A stretch of 64,000 bases of DNA from Octopus vulgaris (lineage: Eukaryota): positions 19,158,001 through 19,222,000 of the forward strand of contig OX597824.1 of the NCBI GenBank assembly GCA_951406725.2, in the 5' to 3' direction. This document shows, one piece after another, positions 1 through 18,063 of this stretch. Position 1 is the stretch's first letter; each line of letters opens with the position of its first letter. The notes under the pieces were generated by a model. That model was not told the DNA's origin. It saw only the letters and a program-made list of their open reading frames with translations, and made no database searches. The translations under genes and the position numbers were made by a program.

Positions 1-26
1 CATATATATATATATATACATATATA

Positions 27-189
27 CGACAGGCTTCTTTCAGTTTCCGTCTACCAAATCCACTCACAAGGCATTGGTCGGCCCGGGGCTATAGCAGAAG
101 ACACTTGCCCAAGATGCCACGCAGTGGGACTGAACCCGGAACCATGTGGTTGGTTAGCAAGCTACTTACCACACAGCCACTCCTGCGCC
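27..189 (-). mobile_element. SINE-A (tRNA-headed SINE with internal microsatellite), 5' half; truncated by window start
   Basis: Reverse complement reads GGCGCAGGAGTGGCTGTGTGG (A box)...GGTTCAGTCCC (B box)...TTGGGCAAGTG; near-identical to 5107-5270 and 31020-31185. Confidence 0.9.
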
Positions 190-243
190 TATGCATACAT
201 ACATACATACATACATACATACATACATACATACATACATACA

Positions 244-276
<33 letters not shown>

Positions 277-279
277 TAT

Positions 280-592
280 GTTTGGTGGTTAGGGTATTCG
301 GCTCACAATCGTAAGGTCGTAAGTTCAATTCCCGGCGAAGCGTTGTCTCCTTGGGCAAGACACTTTATTTCACGTTGCTCCAGTCCACTCAGCTGGCAAA
401 AATGAGTAGTACCTCTATTTCAAAGGGCCGGCCTTGTCACACTCTATGGCACGCTGAATCTCCCCGAGAACTGCGTTAGGGATACACGTGTCTTTGTTAG
501 TGCTCAGCCACTTGCACGTTAATTTCACGAGCAAGCTGTTCCGTTGATCGTATCAGCTGGGACCCACGTCGTCGTAACTGATGGAGCGCTCC
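280..592 (+). mobile_element. SINE-D head + tail X
   Basis: tRNA-like head TGGTTAGGGTATTCGGCTCACAATC...GTTCAATTCCC, CORE-like CCTTGGGCAAGACAC, then the same 3' half as SINE-C copies at 50157-50340 and 52980-53160. Confidence 0.85.
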
Positions 593-599
593 TTACACC

Positions 600-846
600 A
601 TTCTACTTGAATAATGGAACTGCAAATACAATATCCTTCGGTATCTCACTTCTATTTTCATTCTCTTACTTCCCTCAGTATTTCATATCTTCTCTACAAT
701 AATTAATACTTAATACCTAAACATTTTCTCGCACCGTCTCTGATGAAGGAATATATAAAATATCTCGGAAACAGCTGAAAGACATTTCTTTATAAATGTT
801 CCGAAAACTATTTACAGCCTTGGATTTTTTATCTCATTCCGTCAAT
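600..846 (+). mobile_element. Penelope-like pLTR remnant with degenerate hammerhead motif
   Basis: gtct-CTGATGA-aggaatatataaaatatctcg-GAAAC-agct-GAA-agac at 736-783; stem I gtct/agac; cleavage triplet mutated. Confidence 0.6.
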
Positions 847-848
847 TC

Positions 849-929
<81 letters not shown>

Positions 930-941
930 CATACATACATG

Positions 942-1025
<84 letters not shown>

Positions 1026-1032
1026 TCGATAT

Positions 1033-1082
<50 letters not shown>
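849..1082. repeat. Compound microsatellite (TA)n(TG)n(TACA)n(TAGA)n(TA)n
   Basis: Direct inspection. Confidence 0.95.
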
Positions 1083-1084
<2 letters not shown>

Positions 1085-1152
1085 TTAGAGGATATGTTAA
1101 CTTCGTGAAGGGATAGTTGCATCTAAGGAAATACTGGTTCAATACTTAGTAT

Positions 1153-1262
1153 TTTTACGGAGATGTACTTGCATAGCAAGTGATTTGATCTGAGATCGTG
1201 TACTGAAACGAAAACAATTGCAGCGTGGAAGGTGTTTGTAAGCCATTTAAGAAACACACAAA
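1153..1262. repeat. Unclassified interspersed repeat
   Basis: TTACGGAGATGTACTTGCATAGCAAGTGATTTGATCTGAGATCGTG...AATTGCAGC recurs at about 18886-18957. Confidence 0.7.
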
Positions 1263-1417
1263 AAAGGACAAACAGAAAAGAAAAGGAAGATAAGGAAGTT
1301 AATAACTGTTTATTTACTAGAAGCGGCGATGACCAATTTGTCAATAATAAGCAATTAACTGCCTTATCTCCATTTTCTTGACTTTTCTTATATATAGAAA
1401 TATATGCATATAATTTT

Positions 1418-1570
1418 CTTAATTATTTACATTATTTAGATTTGACGGATATTCGTCCTCATCTTGTTTGTTGTTAACACAATGTCTCGGCTGACATACC
1501 TTCAAGCCTTCATCAGGTGTCTTGGAGAAATTTCGAACGTGGGATCTCATTCCTAAAGTATTTTTCGATG
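1418..1570 (-). mobile_element. Penelope-like pLTR remnant with degenerate hammerhead motif
   Basis: Minus strand gacac-CTGATGA-a-ggct...agcc-GAGAC-att-gtgtt (about 1476-1521); GAAA box mutated; abuts (ATT)n. Confidence 0.6.
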
Positions 1571-1594
1571 CTATTATTATTATTATTATTATTA

Positions 1595-1667
<73 letters not shown>

Positions 1668-2087
1668 CATTAATATAATTATTATTCAGGTCATGTTGAT
1701 AATATATATATATAACGTCTTATATATATATATATATATATATATCCCACTGAAAAAAAATTTTTTTATAATTCCTTCTGGAAACTATCTTAAGCATGTT
1801 CTTGAGAACGATTATTTATGTAGTAATCTTTTGTGCCCAATATTTTAAGGAACTTGTTAAACTTTTTTATGCCCTTAACATGTCCTTGTTACCAAAGACT
1901 GTATATATGTAATGTAGCAATTTGTAACAACCAATAATTAACGCAACCTAACTTCTACGTGTTACTTTTGACAATCATTTTCCAAAGAGTGAAACCGGTA
2001 AAGTAAATAAACATCTTTTAAAATTACATTTTCAAATCTTCTTTCGTATATAATTCCACTGGTGCGGTACCCTACAACTCCACTTTG

Positions 2088-2115
<28 letters not shown>

Positions 2116-2124
<9 letters not shown>

Positions 2125-2452
2125 TATTAGAGACAAAACCACTATTTTGTAAAACAAACAAGGAAAGACTTAATCAATACATAAAATTTTAATAAATAGT
2201 CAAAAAACCGCCACTACAACGTTTCTTGTCTTGATCGACAATCTTCAGTGGACTTCAATAAGTCAGTTTCAAATTATAAAGACTTTATAATTTGAAACTG
2301 ACTTATTGAAGTCCACCTGAAGATTGTCGATCAAGACAAGAAACGATTGTAGTGGCGGTTTTTTTGACTATTTATTAAAATTTTATGTATTGATTAAGTC
2401 TTTCCTTGTTTGTTTTACAAAATAGTGGTTTTGTCTCTAATAATATTTTATA
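2116..2452. repeat. Near-perfect fold-back palindrome (about 165-bp arms, 1-nt centre at 2282); inverted Penelope-like pLTR pair
   Basis: Left arm 2116-2281 is the reverse complement of 2283-2452 apart from about 3 single-base indels; each arm carries a hammerhead core. Confidence 0.9.
2313..2355 (+). ncRNA. Minimal type-I hammerhead ribozyme motif
   Basis: ccac-CTGAAGA-ttgtc(gatcaa)gacaa-GAAAC-gatt-GTA-gtgg: intact core, 4-bp stem I, 5-bp stem II. Confidence 0.75.
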
Positions 2453-2530
2453 ATATTTTACTATAAAATTGATTTAATCCTAAATCTGATTTTTTTCCCT
2501 GTAAATTTGGATTTATTCCCTAATATTTAT

Positions 2531-2616
<86 letters not shown>

Positions 2617-2619
2617 ATG

Positions 2620-2755
2620 TTAATGTCCTGTTATTTGCATTTGTATTTGTGTACCATTTCTTCGTTTTTTTTTTCGTCCTTGATTTCGTATACATCCGCG
2701 GCTTTCTTTCAAGGAGTCTAATGCTCTTAGCTTAGTTTCTTTCCCGGGGTGGAGG
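2620..2755 (+). mobile_element. Partial copy of the repeat at 30705-31010 (Penelope-like pLTR family)
   Basis: Shared ATGTCCTGTTATTTG...CAAGGA(G/A)TCTAATGCTCTTAGCTTAGTTT. Confidence 0.6.
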
Positions 2756-3245
2756 TGAGGAGCGATAAAATAAAAAAAAAACAAGGGACATACTAAGTGG
2801 ATGTCAATATAATTAACTAAGCCTTCTAATTTGCTGATCTTGTGCTAAATTTAGATTTCGTTAAGGGCCAAGATTAATGGGGGTCATTAAATCGTCGGTA
2901 AAGATGCTTTGTCGTAGTATTTGTATCTGTGATTACACCGGGTCGATAAAATAAAGTACAGTCAAACTCTGAGATGGAGGGTATCGACTATTCGCCTCCT
3001 TTCAAACTTTCAAACGCCATCGTTGCCGACTTTGCCGCCGCCACCACCACTTCTACTGCGGCTTCCGTCGCCTCCACCGCCATCGTACTTCCACTGCTGC
3101 TTCGCCGCCGCCGCCGCCGCCGTCGTCGTCTTGCGTAGACTTTCGATTCACTTTAATACCTTCCATAACTTCCACTTCTATTCTTTTCCCTTTTTTTCCA
3201 GCTTACATTTTCACCTCCATAAACAAATATAGATAAATAAATAAA

Positions 3246-3655
3246 TGTGGCTGTGTGGTAAGTAGCTTGCTTACCAAACACATGGTTCCGGGTTCAGTCC
3301 CACTGCGTGGCATCTTGGGCAAGTATCTTCTGCTATAGCCCCGGGCCGACCAATGCCTTGTGAGTGGATTTGGTAGACGGAAACTGAAAGAAGCCCGTCG
3401 TATATATGCATATATATATATGTCTGTGCGTGTGTGTGTATGTGTCTGTGTTTGTCCCCCCACCATCGCTTAACAACCGATGCTGATGTGTTTATGTCCC
3501 CGTAAATTAGCGGTTCGGCAAAAAGAGACCGATATAATAAGTATAAGGCTTACAAGAGAATAAGTCCTGGGGTCGATTTGCTCGACTAAAAAAAGGCGGT
3601 GCTCCAGCATGGCCTCAATCAGATGACTGAAATAAGTAGAAGAGTAAAAGAGTAA
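3246..3655 (+). mobile_element. SINE-A, nearly full length
   Basis: Head, internal (TA)/(TG) tract, tail GGCGGTGCTCCAGCATGGCC...GAGTAAAAGAG. Confidence 0.9.
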
Positions 3656-4767
3656 ACAAACAAACAAACAAATAAAGAAATAGATAAATAAAAAGCAACC
3701 TTTTCCATTCCATTTTATTTGGTCTTTTATCTCACTTTTCGTTTTCCCTTGCAAAAAATTTGCAAAGACTTTGTATAACTTTGACCGTTTTGGTCAACCA
3801 ACTGCATTTACTCTTTAGAGATTCTCTCAGTCACGTCTAGTATTAGTAATCCTATTAGCCAATGGTCTGACTGATCTCTATACTGACCACACATTAGACG
3901 ACTTACAGCCGCCATTTTATGCCTCACTACATACATTTAGTTGTCCCTTGTTAAGATCACTTGATCCTGAACAGCCACGGAAAATCATTCCAATTTTTCA
4001 TTTCAGCCAATCATTTTTCACCCATCGATTCACTTCCTTTTTATTCCCGTTTGTTTTTGTGTTTTTTCTTCAATGTTTTCTAACAAGAAACGTGCAGATG
4101 TTTAATACTTCATTCTGTGTGCAACGCATGCAGCTCGCTGCAGTTTTTCTTACGGCTCTTCACATAAAGACATAAATCTTTTGACTTTTTTTGTTCTATT
4201 GGTATTCTACTTCTGTCTGTTTGGTGTGAGAGTGGCTTTATTGTGCTTCTGATTTGTAGTCTGGCTTTTATTAGTGTTCCTTGGCCCCTAATTATACTTG
4301 CTACGTCAGGACGGCTTATCTTGTTTATTTCTGTGGATCATCACCCCCTTCTCTCTTTCTCTCTTTTGTTTAAGTAGGCCCTTTGTTTCTTTATGCTATA
4401 CTAAATGATGCCCGGCCGTACTACGATTAATTTTTACAGATCTGTTGCCTTTGAAGTGATTCGTCCAGTGGGATTGCTTGAATCTCAACTTGTGTAGGGT
4501 CAGTGATTCTGGCTCCCTGAGATCATCAGATGCGGTGACCGACTTGCTCTTTCGATGGCCCTAATCTCTGTTCTTCGTCTTGCTGTTGTTGCAGTTGCTG
4601 TCGTTATCATTGTTATCATCATCATCGGTGATGGTTATGGCGATGGTGGTGGTGGTCGTGGTCGTCGTCACCGTCGACGTCATCGTAGTAGTGGTTGTGG
4701 TCATAGTCGTGCTGCTTCTTATGATGATAATGATGATGATGGTGGTGCTGGTGCTGATTTATGTTCT

Positions 4768-4856
<89 letters not shown>

Positions 4857-4858
<2 letters not shown>

Positions 4859-5268
4859 TCTCTTTTACTCTTTTACTTGTTTCAGTCTTTTGACTGTGGC
4901 CATGCTGGAGCACCGCCTTTAGTCGAGCAAATCGACCCCTGGACTTATTATTTGTAAGCCCAGTACTTATTCTATCGGCCTCTCTTGCCGAACCGCTAAG
5001 TGACGGGGACGTAAACACACCAGTACCGGTTGTCAAGCAATGGTAGGGGGACAAACACAGACACACAAACACACAAACACATACATATATATATATATAC
5101 ATATATACGACAGGCTTCTTTCAGTTTCCGTCTACCAAATCCACTCACAAGGCATTGGTCGGCTCGGGGCTATAGCAGAAGACACTTGCCCAAGATGCCA
5201 CGCAGTGGGACTGAACCCGGAACCATGTGGTTGGTTAGCAAGCTACTGACCACACAGCCACTCCTGCG

Positions 5269-5270
<2 letters not shown>
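4857..5270 (-). mobile_element. SINE-A, full length
   Basis: Complete reverse-complement match to 31020-31438; inserted in (TA)n. Confidence 0.92.
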
Positions 5271-5310
<40 letters not shown>

Positions 5311-5359
5311 GGTAAAATTTGGTATATACTCAAAAGTATTCATAAATTTCTATCATTTT

Positions 5360-5648
5360 GAGGGAGATCAAAGAGGAAAAGGATCCCATCAACTTTAAAC
5401 AGAGTCTGGATAGATTCCTTCAAAGAATACCAGATAAGCCACCCATAATTGGATACAACTCACCCAACAAGAACTCACTACTTGAACAAAACTGGATACA
5501 ACTCACCCAACAAGAACTCACTACTTGAACAAAACTTGACTTAAACAAAACTTGACTTAAACATGATTCGAATAATCCTATCAGGTGGTGCTATTAAGTT
5601 AGACATGGCCTGGACCAATCTTTGGTCGAAACATATCTAAGTCTAAGT
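5360..5648 (+). mobile_element. CR1-clade LINE 3' end with internal 43-bp tandem duplication
   Basis: Translates REIKEEKDPINFKQSLDRFLQRIPDKPPIIGYNSPNKNSLLE (CR1-like ORF2 C-terminus, recognised by eye); 3' stem-loop and CTAAGT terminal repeats; 5450-5492 duplicated at 5493-5535. Confidence 0.65.
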
Positions 5649-6150
5649 TTAATATTCTTCTTAATAATCTTCTGAATAACTTTAACTGTATTAAATATAG
5701 CAACATTGTTTAAAATATTTTAACTATAGTACTACATGATAAGACTTCTGTTTCATTATCAATGGACTGCTAGCGGGCGACCCCGTTAATTGTCAGCTAA
5801 CATCTTCTTTTTAAGTTTTCCTTTACCGAACCTCATGATATTGCTTCTAATAAATCTTGATTCTTATGACTATACCAACTATGATTTCTGTCTGCTCCCT
5901 CAGCTCTACCCCTAATAGACACTGCCCCCTTTGTTCTCACAGTCTTAGATATACAAGGATTTGATAAACTAGTCTATAAATTAAAACTGACCCCATAAAA
6001 ACATTAAAAAATCAGTGAAGTCAAAGTCTTAGTAGCTTCTATACTGGAGTGAAGGTAGCATGTTCTTGTCTATCTCCTTAACTTCTTGGAGATTTTAGGT
6101 ATAATTATACTAAAGTGTCCATCTGTTTTAATTTAAATTCTATGGCTTTG

Positions 6151-6236
6151 TGCAGCTGAAGATTGCTCTGCATTTAAATTGATGCAATGATTGCATTGTT
6201 GAATTAAATGGTGTTGCATGAAACGATCGTACTGCA
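6151..6236 (+). ncRNA. Type-I hammerhead ribozyme motif with extended stem II, in Penelope-like pLTR remnant (about 5650-6270)
   Basis: tgcag-CTGAAGA-ttgc...gcat-GAAAC-gatc-GTA-ctgca; 5-bp stem I; palindromic ACGATCGT stem III. Confidence 0.8.
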
Positions 6237-6290
6237 TTACATCTGGATATACTTTTTGCTTATTTTGATATATATATATATGTATTTATG

Positions 6291-6419
<129 letters not shown>

Positions 6420-6431
6420 ATGTATGTGTTT

Positions 6432-6640
6432 CTTTTATTCTTTTACTTGTTTCAGTCATTTGACTGCGGCCTTGCTGGAGCACTACTCAGTCGAACAAGT
6501 CGACCCAGGACTTATTGTTTGTCAGCCCAGTACTTATTCTATCGGTTCATTTTGCCGAACCTCTAAGTTACAGGGACGCAAACACACCGACATCGGTTGT
6601 CAAGCGATGGTGGGGAGCAAACAGAGGCACACATACAAAC
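6432..6640 (-). mobile_element. SINE-A 3' half, diverged
   Basis: Tail homology TTACTTGTTTCAGTCATTTGACTGCGGCC. Confidence 0.85.
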
Positions 6641-6827
6641 ATATTCCATAAATAATGTTATTCCATAAATAATGCGGGGGTTTTTTTTTAATATTTCTTC
6701 CAAAATTCACTTGTCCCTGGCGAAAATTAGTGTCCTGACCTCGTCTACAGAAATATTATTCCGTCCAAATGATTTTGAAGACTGCAAAATACATGATGAT
6801 GAGATTGGGCATTGTCGGGCAGATATA

Positions 6828-7045
6828 CTCTCTTTTTACTCTTTTACTTGTTTCAGTAATTTGATTGCGGCCATGCTGGAGCACCGCCTTTAGTCGAGCA
6901 AATCGACCCCGGGACTTATTCTTTGTAAGCCCAGTACTTATTCTATCGGTCTATTTTGCCGAACCGCTTAGTGACGGGGACGTAAATACACCAGCATCGG
7001 TTGTCAAGCAATGCTAGGGGGACAAACACAGACACACAAACACAT

Positions 7046-7101
<56 letters not shown>

Positions 7102-7258
7102 GATAGGCTTCTTTCAGTTTCCGTCTACCAAATCCACTCACAAGGCATTGGTCGGCCCGGGGCTATAGCAGAAGACACTTGCCCAAGATGCCACGCAGTG
7201 GGACTGAACCCGGTACCATGGTTAGCAAGATACTTACCACACAGCCACTCCTGCGCCT
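6828..7258 (-). mobile_element. SINE-A, full length, nested in mariner
   Basis: Reverse-complement match to other SINE-A copies. Confidence 0.92.
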
Positions 7259-7624
7259 ATGGTGGGTGGGTCATCGTATCCCATTCAAATTGCACCAGTC
7301 TTTCGAATATCATCCTCACCGTATGTGGCCAAGCATTATCCTGACGGTGGAACACCTTTCGTCTTGAAAGATTGTCGTTTTCCTTCTAGCGCAAGTGTTG
7401 AATGACCAAATTCAAGCTTCTCTGCTAGTTCCTCAACAGTTACGATGGGATTTTGCTCCAGGAAGTTTTGCAGGATGTCCTCGTCGAACTCTACAGATCT
7501 TCCAAGATGAGATTCGTCTTCTAGGCAACAGTTTCCTGCTCGGAATTTCTGGAACCCCCGTTGACACTTGCTTACGCTTATTGTCCGATCCCAATATACT
7601 GCATTAATATTCATCGCAGTTTCC

Positions 7625-7857
7625 TATTTCTTTACTACCCACAAAGGGCTAAACACAGAGAGGATAAACAAGGATAGACAAACGGATTAAGTCGATTATA
7701 TCGACCCCAGTGTATAACTGGTATTTATTTAATCGACCCCGAAAGGATGAAAGGCAAAGTCGACCTCGGCGGAATTTGAACTCAGAACGTAGCGGCAGAC
7801 GAAATACCGCTAAGTATTTCGCCCGGCGTGCTAACGATTCTGCCATCTCGCCGCCTT
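7625..7857 (-). mobile_element. SINE-B (Meta-domain-like) nested in mariner
   Basis: Head GGCGGCGAGATGGCAGAATCGTTAG...GAGTTCAAATTCC, central GTCGACTTTGCCTTTCATCCTTTCGGGGTCGA; TSD TCATCGCA(G/C)TTTCC at 7611-7624 and 7860-7873. Confidence 0.88.
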
Positions 7858-8389
7858 AGTCATCGCACTTTCCGTTGCGTTGTTCCCTTTATTGAACTCA
7901 TAGATCAAAATATACCGAATATGCTTCTTTGTTACTGCCATTATAGCTTTGAAAAAATAACAGTTAAAATCGAACTGCACTCTTCAGAATCTGTGCTAAG
8001 AATAAGTAGAAGGTAAAATTACTACCTGCTTTTATAGCAAGTTGATGCAGGTAGTTTATCCCGTCCCCCTCCGACTTTTAGTTCATGTAGTTTGAAAAAC
8101 CGCATTATTATTCTTATATTACTGTATTCTACCCATTAGCAATCAATCGATGCACACACACACGCATACACACACACACAGTTATGTACTCTAACACACA
8201 TACAAATTCATATATATATATATGTGTGTATGTATCGATTTGATATTGTGTCTGTTATCGTCCGTCTCTCGACTCCGTAACCATCGTCGCTATCATCAAC
8301 GTCAAGAACAACAACAATGAAAGAGTTATGGATTGCTCTTTATACATAAGCACTATAGCTACGAAACCAAGCACGATGACTTATCAAAG

Positions 8390-10400
<2,011 letters not shown>

Positions 10401-11079
10401 TCACCAACGTCACCTGCGCCTACACCTACACGTTAATCAACATTATCAGCATCTCCAACTGCACAAAAAAACATATATATATATAGATATATATATATAT
10501 ATATATATATTTGCACCACCACCACCACCAACATCACCGCCACCTCCTGCACCATCACCACCACTGCCACCACCACCACCATCTCCATCGCCACAGCAGT
10601 CTTTTCTATACAAAAATCTCAACAACAAACCATTCTGCCTGTGGCATTTTTTTCTCCGTCCATACCAGCTTTCCAACTGCCGCTACCACCTAAACCCCAC
10701 GCCCGCCACGACCACCACCCCTTACTGCATTCATCATTATCAGCACGACCACCACCGCCACCACCACCACCGCCACCATCGCCACCATCGCCATCGCCAT
10801 CGTCATCACCACCGACTTCTTCCTCCTTAGACATTCTCCATCACAAGAATTTTCATGGACACAAAATTTAGTTTCATTTTATATATATTTTATTTATTTT
10901 ATATATATTTCTTATATTTATATTATTTTATTTATTTCTTTATTTATTTCCTTTCGATTTCTTTTTTTCTTTGTTTTATTCTGGGTTCTTTTTTTTTCTT
11001 TTCGGGTTTTCTTTTTTTTGATTTTTACAAGTTTTTCGTCTTGAAGTTAGATTTTATGCTTCCTCTGTTTCCATTTTCG

Positions 11080-11127
<48 letters not shown>

Positions 11128-12167
11128 AACACACACACATACACATGCACGCACGCACGCAAGCACAGACATGCATTCACACACGTTCACATGCATTCAC
11201 ATATAAACATGCATGCATCATACAAACATACGCACACAGAAACAAACGAAGATACACACATATATATACACATGTATATATATATATGTATGCAAGAATG
11301 TATGTATGGATGGATGGATGGATGGATGTATTGATGGATGGATGAATGGATGGATGTATATAATATTCATATATATATATATATATATAATACATATATA
11401 TATTTGTATATATATCTACATATATATATATTTACACATATATACACACACACATATATATATATACGTATGCATGTAATGTATGAAGTGTATGAAGGTA
11501 TGTATGTATATATGCATTTATATGTATATGTGTACATATATATATCTATATATGTATATGTATATACATATATATTCATATATGTGTGTGTATGTATGTA
11601 TGGATGTCTGCGAGCACAATCAGGTTGACTCTTTCCCTCATTGTCCTCTAACTCTTTCACTCTCGTTATGTGTGTGTGTATATATATATATATATAATCA
11701 CACATATATACATATATACACATACACATATATATTCCTATACATATATACATACATATACATATATATATATATATATTCATATATGCTCATATATATA
11801 ATATTTATTATATACGTACAGGTATATACATACATATGTATCAATCAGTGCGGGCACGTGTATGTTTATGTGTCAACGGGTATCTGTATACATCAAAAGG
11901 TATTTATACGCAGGAAAGCGCCGTCCATGGTTATACATACACATTCCCATATATATATATATATACGTATGTGTGTGTGTTATTCTTGTTCTTCTTCCTG
12001 CTCGCATTGTTATTATTGCTATCATTAATGATAATAATAATAATAATATGCGATATACGCTTTTTATCTCCACGTGTATTCATACACTTGGAGATATTCA
12101 AGCATATATACATACATACATACGTGTATGTGTACATGTGTGTGTGTGTGTGTATGAAATATAGGTG

Positions 12168-12199
<32 letters not shown>

Positions 12200-12500
12200 T
12201 ATATGTATATATTTGTGTATATCTATATACGTATATATATGTATGTATATTCATGTATATGTGCATTTATATATATATATATGTATATATATATATGTAT
12301 ATGTATGTATATATATATATGTGTATATATCATATATATATATGCACATATGCAATAAAATACACTCATGTTTATATAAGTTTTATATATGAATACATGT
12401 ATGTGTACATGTATATATGTATGCATAGTTAAGTGCATACATGCAGATCTGTACACACACATATATATATATATATATATGGATATATATATCCACACAC

Positions 12501-12534
<34 letters not shown>

Positions 12535-12686
12535 GGATCTGTGTATAGATATGTATATATATATATATATATGTATTTATCTATGCATATATACTTATGC
12601 ATACATGTGTGCAAGTGTACCCATACATACTGACATACATGTATGCATGGATACGTATGCATACATATACACATATATATATATAA

Positions 12687-12770
<84 letters not shown>

Positions 12771-12800
12771 GTATGTATATGTTCATGTGTGTGTGCGTGT
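11080..12800. repeat. Degenerate (CA)/(TA)/(TG) low-complexity field
   Basis: Direct inspection. Confidence 0.9.
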
Positions 12801-12959
12801 AGCTTCTCCTTCATTCTGTCTGCCTAATTCAATTGCAGATTGCCTAGCCGTTCACCCTCCAGTACACCTTCGTATTGATTGTACGCTAGGAATCTCCGTG
12901 TGGAAAACTCTTTCCCCGGGAGCCATCATTACACTATGGAGCGCTACACACCACTTCCA

Positions 12960-15640
<2,681 letters not shown>

Positions 15641-15754
15641 ATCTATTTAAGCACTGTATATTGCTCCCTCCATCGACATATATATATATAGTGCATATAT
15701 ATATGCATATATATATGCATAAATGCATATATACCTACAAATATGTACAAACTT

Positions 15755-15840
<86 letters not shown>

Positions 15841-15842
15841 TA

Positions 15843-16172
<330 letters not shown>

Positions 16173-16185
16173 CTATATATATACA

Positions 16186-16625
16186 TATATGGGTACAGGA
16201 CGTCACAAAACGTAAAACCACATGAAATACGAAAACAACAGGAGATACGAAGTCAAACTTGAGTATGCGAACAACGAGAGAAACAAATAGAAAACAAGAC
16301 AAGTAACATGAAGGACGACCCTTCTTCAGTTGTCGGCTGTTCATCTACTCCACATTTTGAGCAGTTAACGATAATATGAGGCTTCGAAAAACAGTTGCTC
16401 CCGCGAACCGAGAGTAAAATTTGGTATTTTGCGGAGGGTCGAGGTCGGTAACAAAAACAGGATAATGGAGACAGACATACAACAAACCAAACGAAAACAA
16501 GCATGGAGGTCCGTTAGGCCAGATGAGGTAAGGTAGCGAACGCTGGGGAAATATTCTTTGACAAGAGAAAAGATAGACGAGGAGACAGATAGGAATGCGT
16601 CTGGTCTGTGGGACAGACTGAAGGA
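16186..16625 (-). mobile_element. Putative Penelope-like pLTR family ending GTCCTGTACCCATAT
   Basis: Terminus shared with 29645, 61977-61990 and 63790-63800; minus-strand CTGAAGAAGGG motif at about 16319-16329. Confidence 0.55.
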
Positions 16626-16726
16626 AAAGGGTGTGTGTGTGTGAGTGTGTATGTGTGTGAGTGTGTGTGTGTGTGTGTATACATACATAATACATACACA
16701 TACATATACATATATACATATATATA

Positions 16727-16789
<63 letters not shown>

Positions 16790-17037
16790 ACACACACACA
16801 GAAACGTAAGTGTGAATGTGTGTATGCGCGTGTGTGAGTGCGTGTGAGTGTGTGTATTTGTGTGTATGTATACATGTATTAATGTATTCATATATTATTA
16901 TTATTATCATTATTAGCAGTAGTATCAGTCTTGTTTCTCATCATCATAATCGTCGTCAGCAACCTCATCACCATCATCCTCATCATCATCATCATCATCA
17001 TCATCATTATTATCATAATTCTTCTTCTTCTTCTTTC

Positions 17038-17153
<116 letters not shown>

Positions 17154-17262
17154 CAACGGGCGAAGAGATATATGATGGCCGTTTGATTTCAACACGGCTT
17201 TCTTCTGCTGTTGTTTCAGATAAACCTTGTTGTTGCCACTAATGTTCTTCTCGTTATCGTTG

Positions 17263-17293
<31 letters not shown>

Positions 17294-17441
17294 TGCAGTT
17301 CTTGCTGTTGTCGTTGTTATTGTTGTCGACTGTGGTTGTTGTTGTTTCCAACCGTTGTCTTCGAATTTGCCTCAGCTGGTTGCATACCTGCGAGAATTAC
17401 TTCCACCGTAGAGATTCTCCATTCAGATCGGTTCACGTATC

Positions 17442-17492
17442 TCAGATTCTAGACAATGCAGACATGCGGCTGACGATATTGGCAAAGGAATT
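17442..17492 (-). CDS. Possible short terminal coding exon ([16 protein letters not shown]-stop) of an unidentified gene
   Basis: Unique sequence; acceptor-like TTTTGCTGCTGCTACATATTCCAG immediately upstream; phase-0 frame of 16 codons to TGA; no homolog recognised. Confidence 0.25.
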   Translation of the reverse strand, partial: NSFANIVSRMSALSRI

Positions 17493-17606
17493 CTGGAATA
17501 TGTAGCAGCAGCAAAATGGACTGGAATTGGTGCACAGCGTGCAGAGAGAGGGTGGCGTAATTTCATATACATATACACACACATACATGCATACAATCAT
17601 ACATAC

Positions 17607-17667
<61 letters not shown>

Positions 17668-17864
17668 CATCTATATATGTATGTATGTATGTATATGCCG
17701 TTAGATAGATAGAGAGATACAAGCATACATACATAATATATATATATATATATATTATACATATACATATATATATATATATACACATACACGTAGGCCG
17801 ACATTCACACACACTCCATTCATAGATACATACATACATACGCATACATGTGTGGGCGAGTGTG

Positions 17865-18063
<199 letters not shown>

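Larger units (their letters stand above)
6660..8108 (-). mobile_element. Internally deleted mariner (Tc1/mariner) element, interrupted by SINE-A and SINE-B
   Basis: Minus strand from ATG 7941: MAVTKKHIRYILIYEFNKGNNATES..., HTH region NINAVYWDRTISVSKCQRGFQKFRAG, then RKVFHRQDNAWPHT...HPP; TIR remnants TAATGCGG at both ends; same family as 53345-53750. Confidence 0.85.

Noticed and set aside
5030-5398. Recurrent peptides such as [25 protein letters not shown]
   Set aside because: Antisense readings of SINE-A, not a gene family
5605-5640. Hairpin followed by GAAAC, resembling a hammerhead
   Set aside because: No CUGANGA-like box; better explained as a CR1 3' UTR stem-loop
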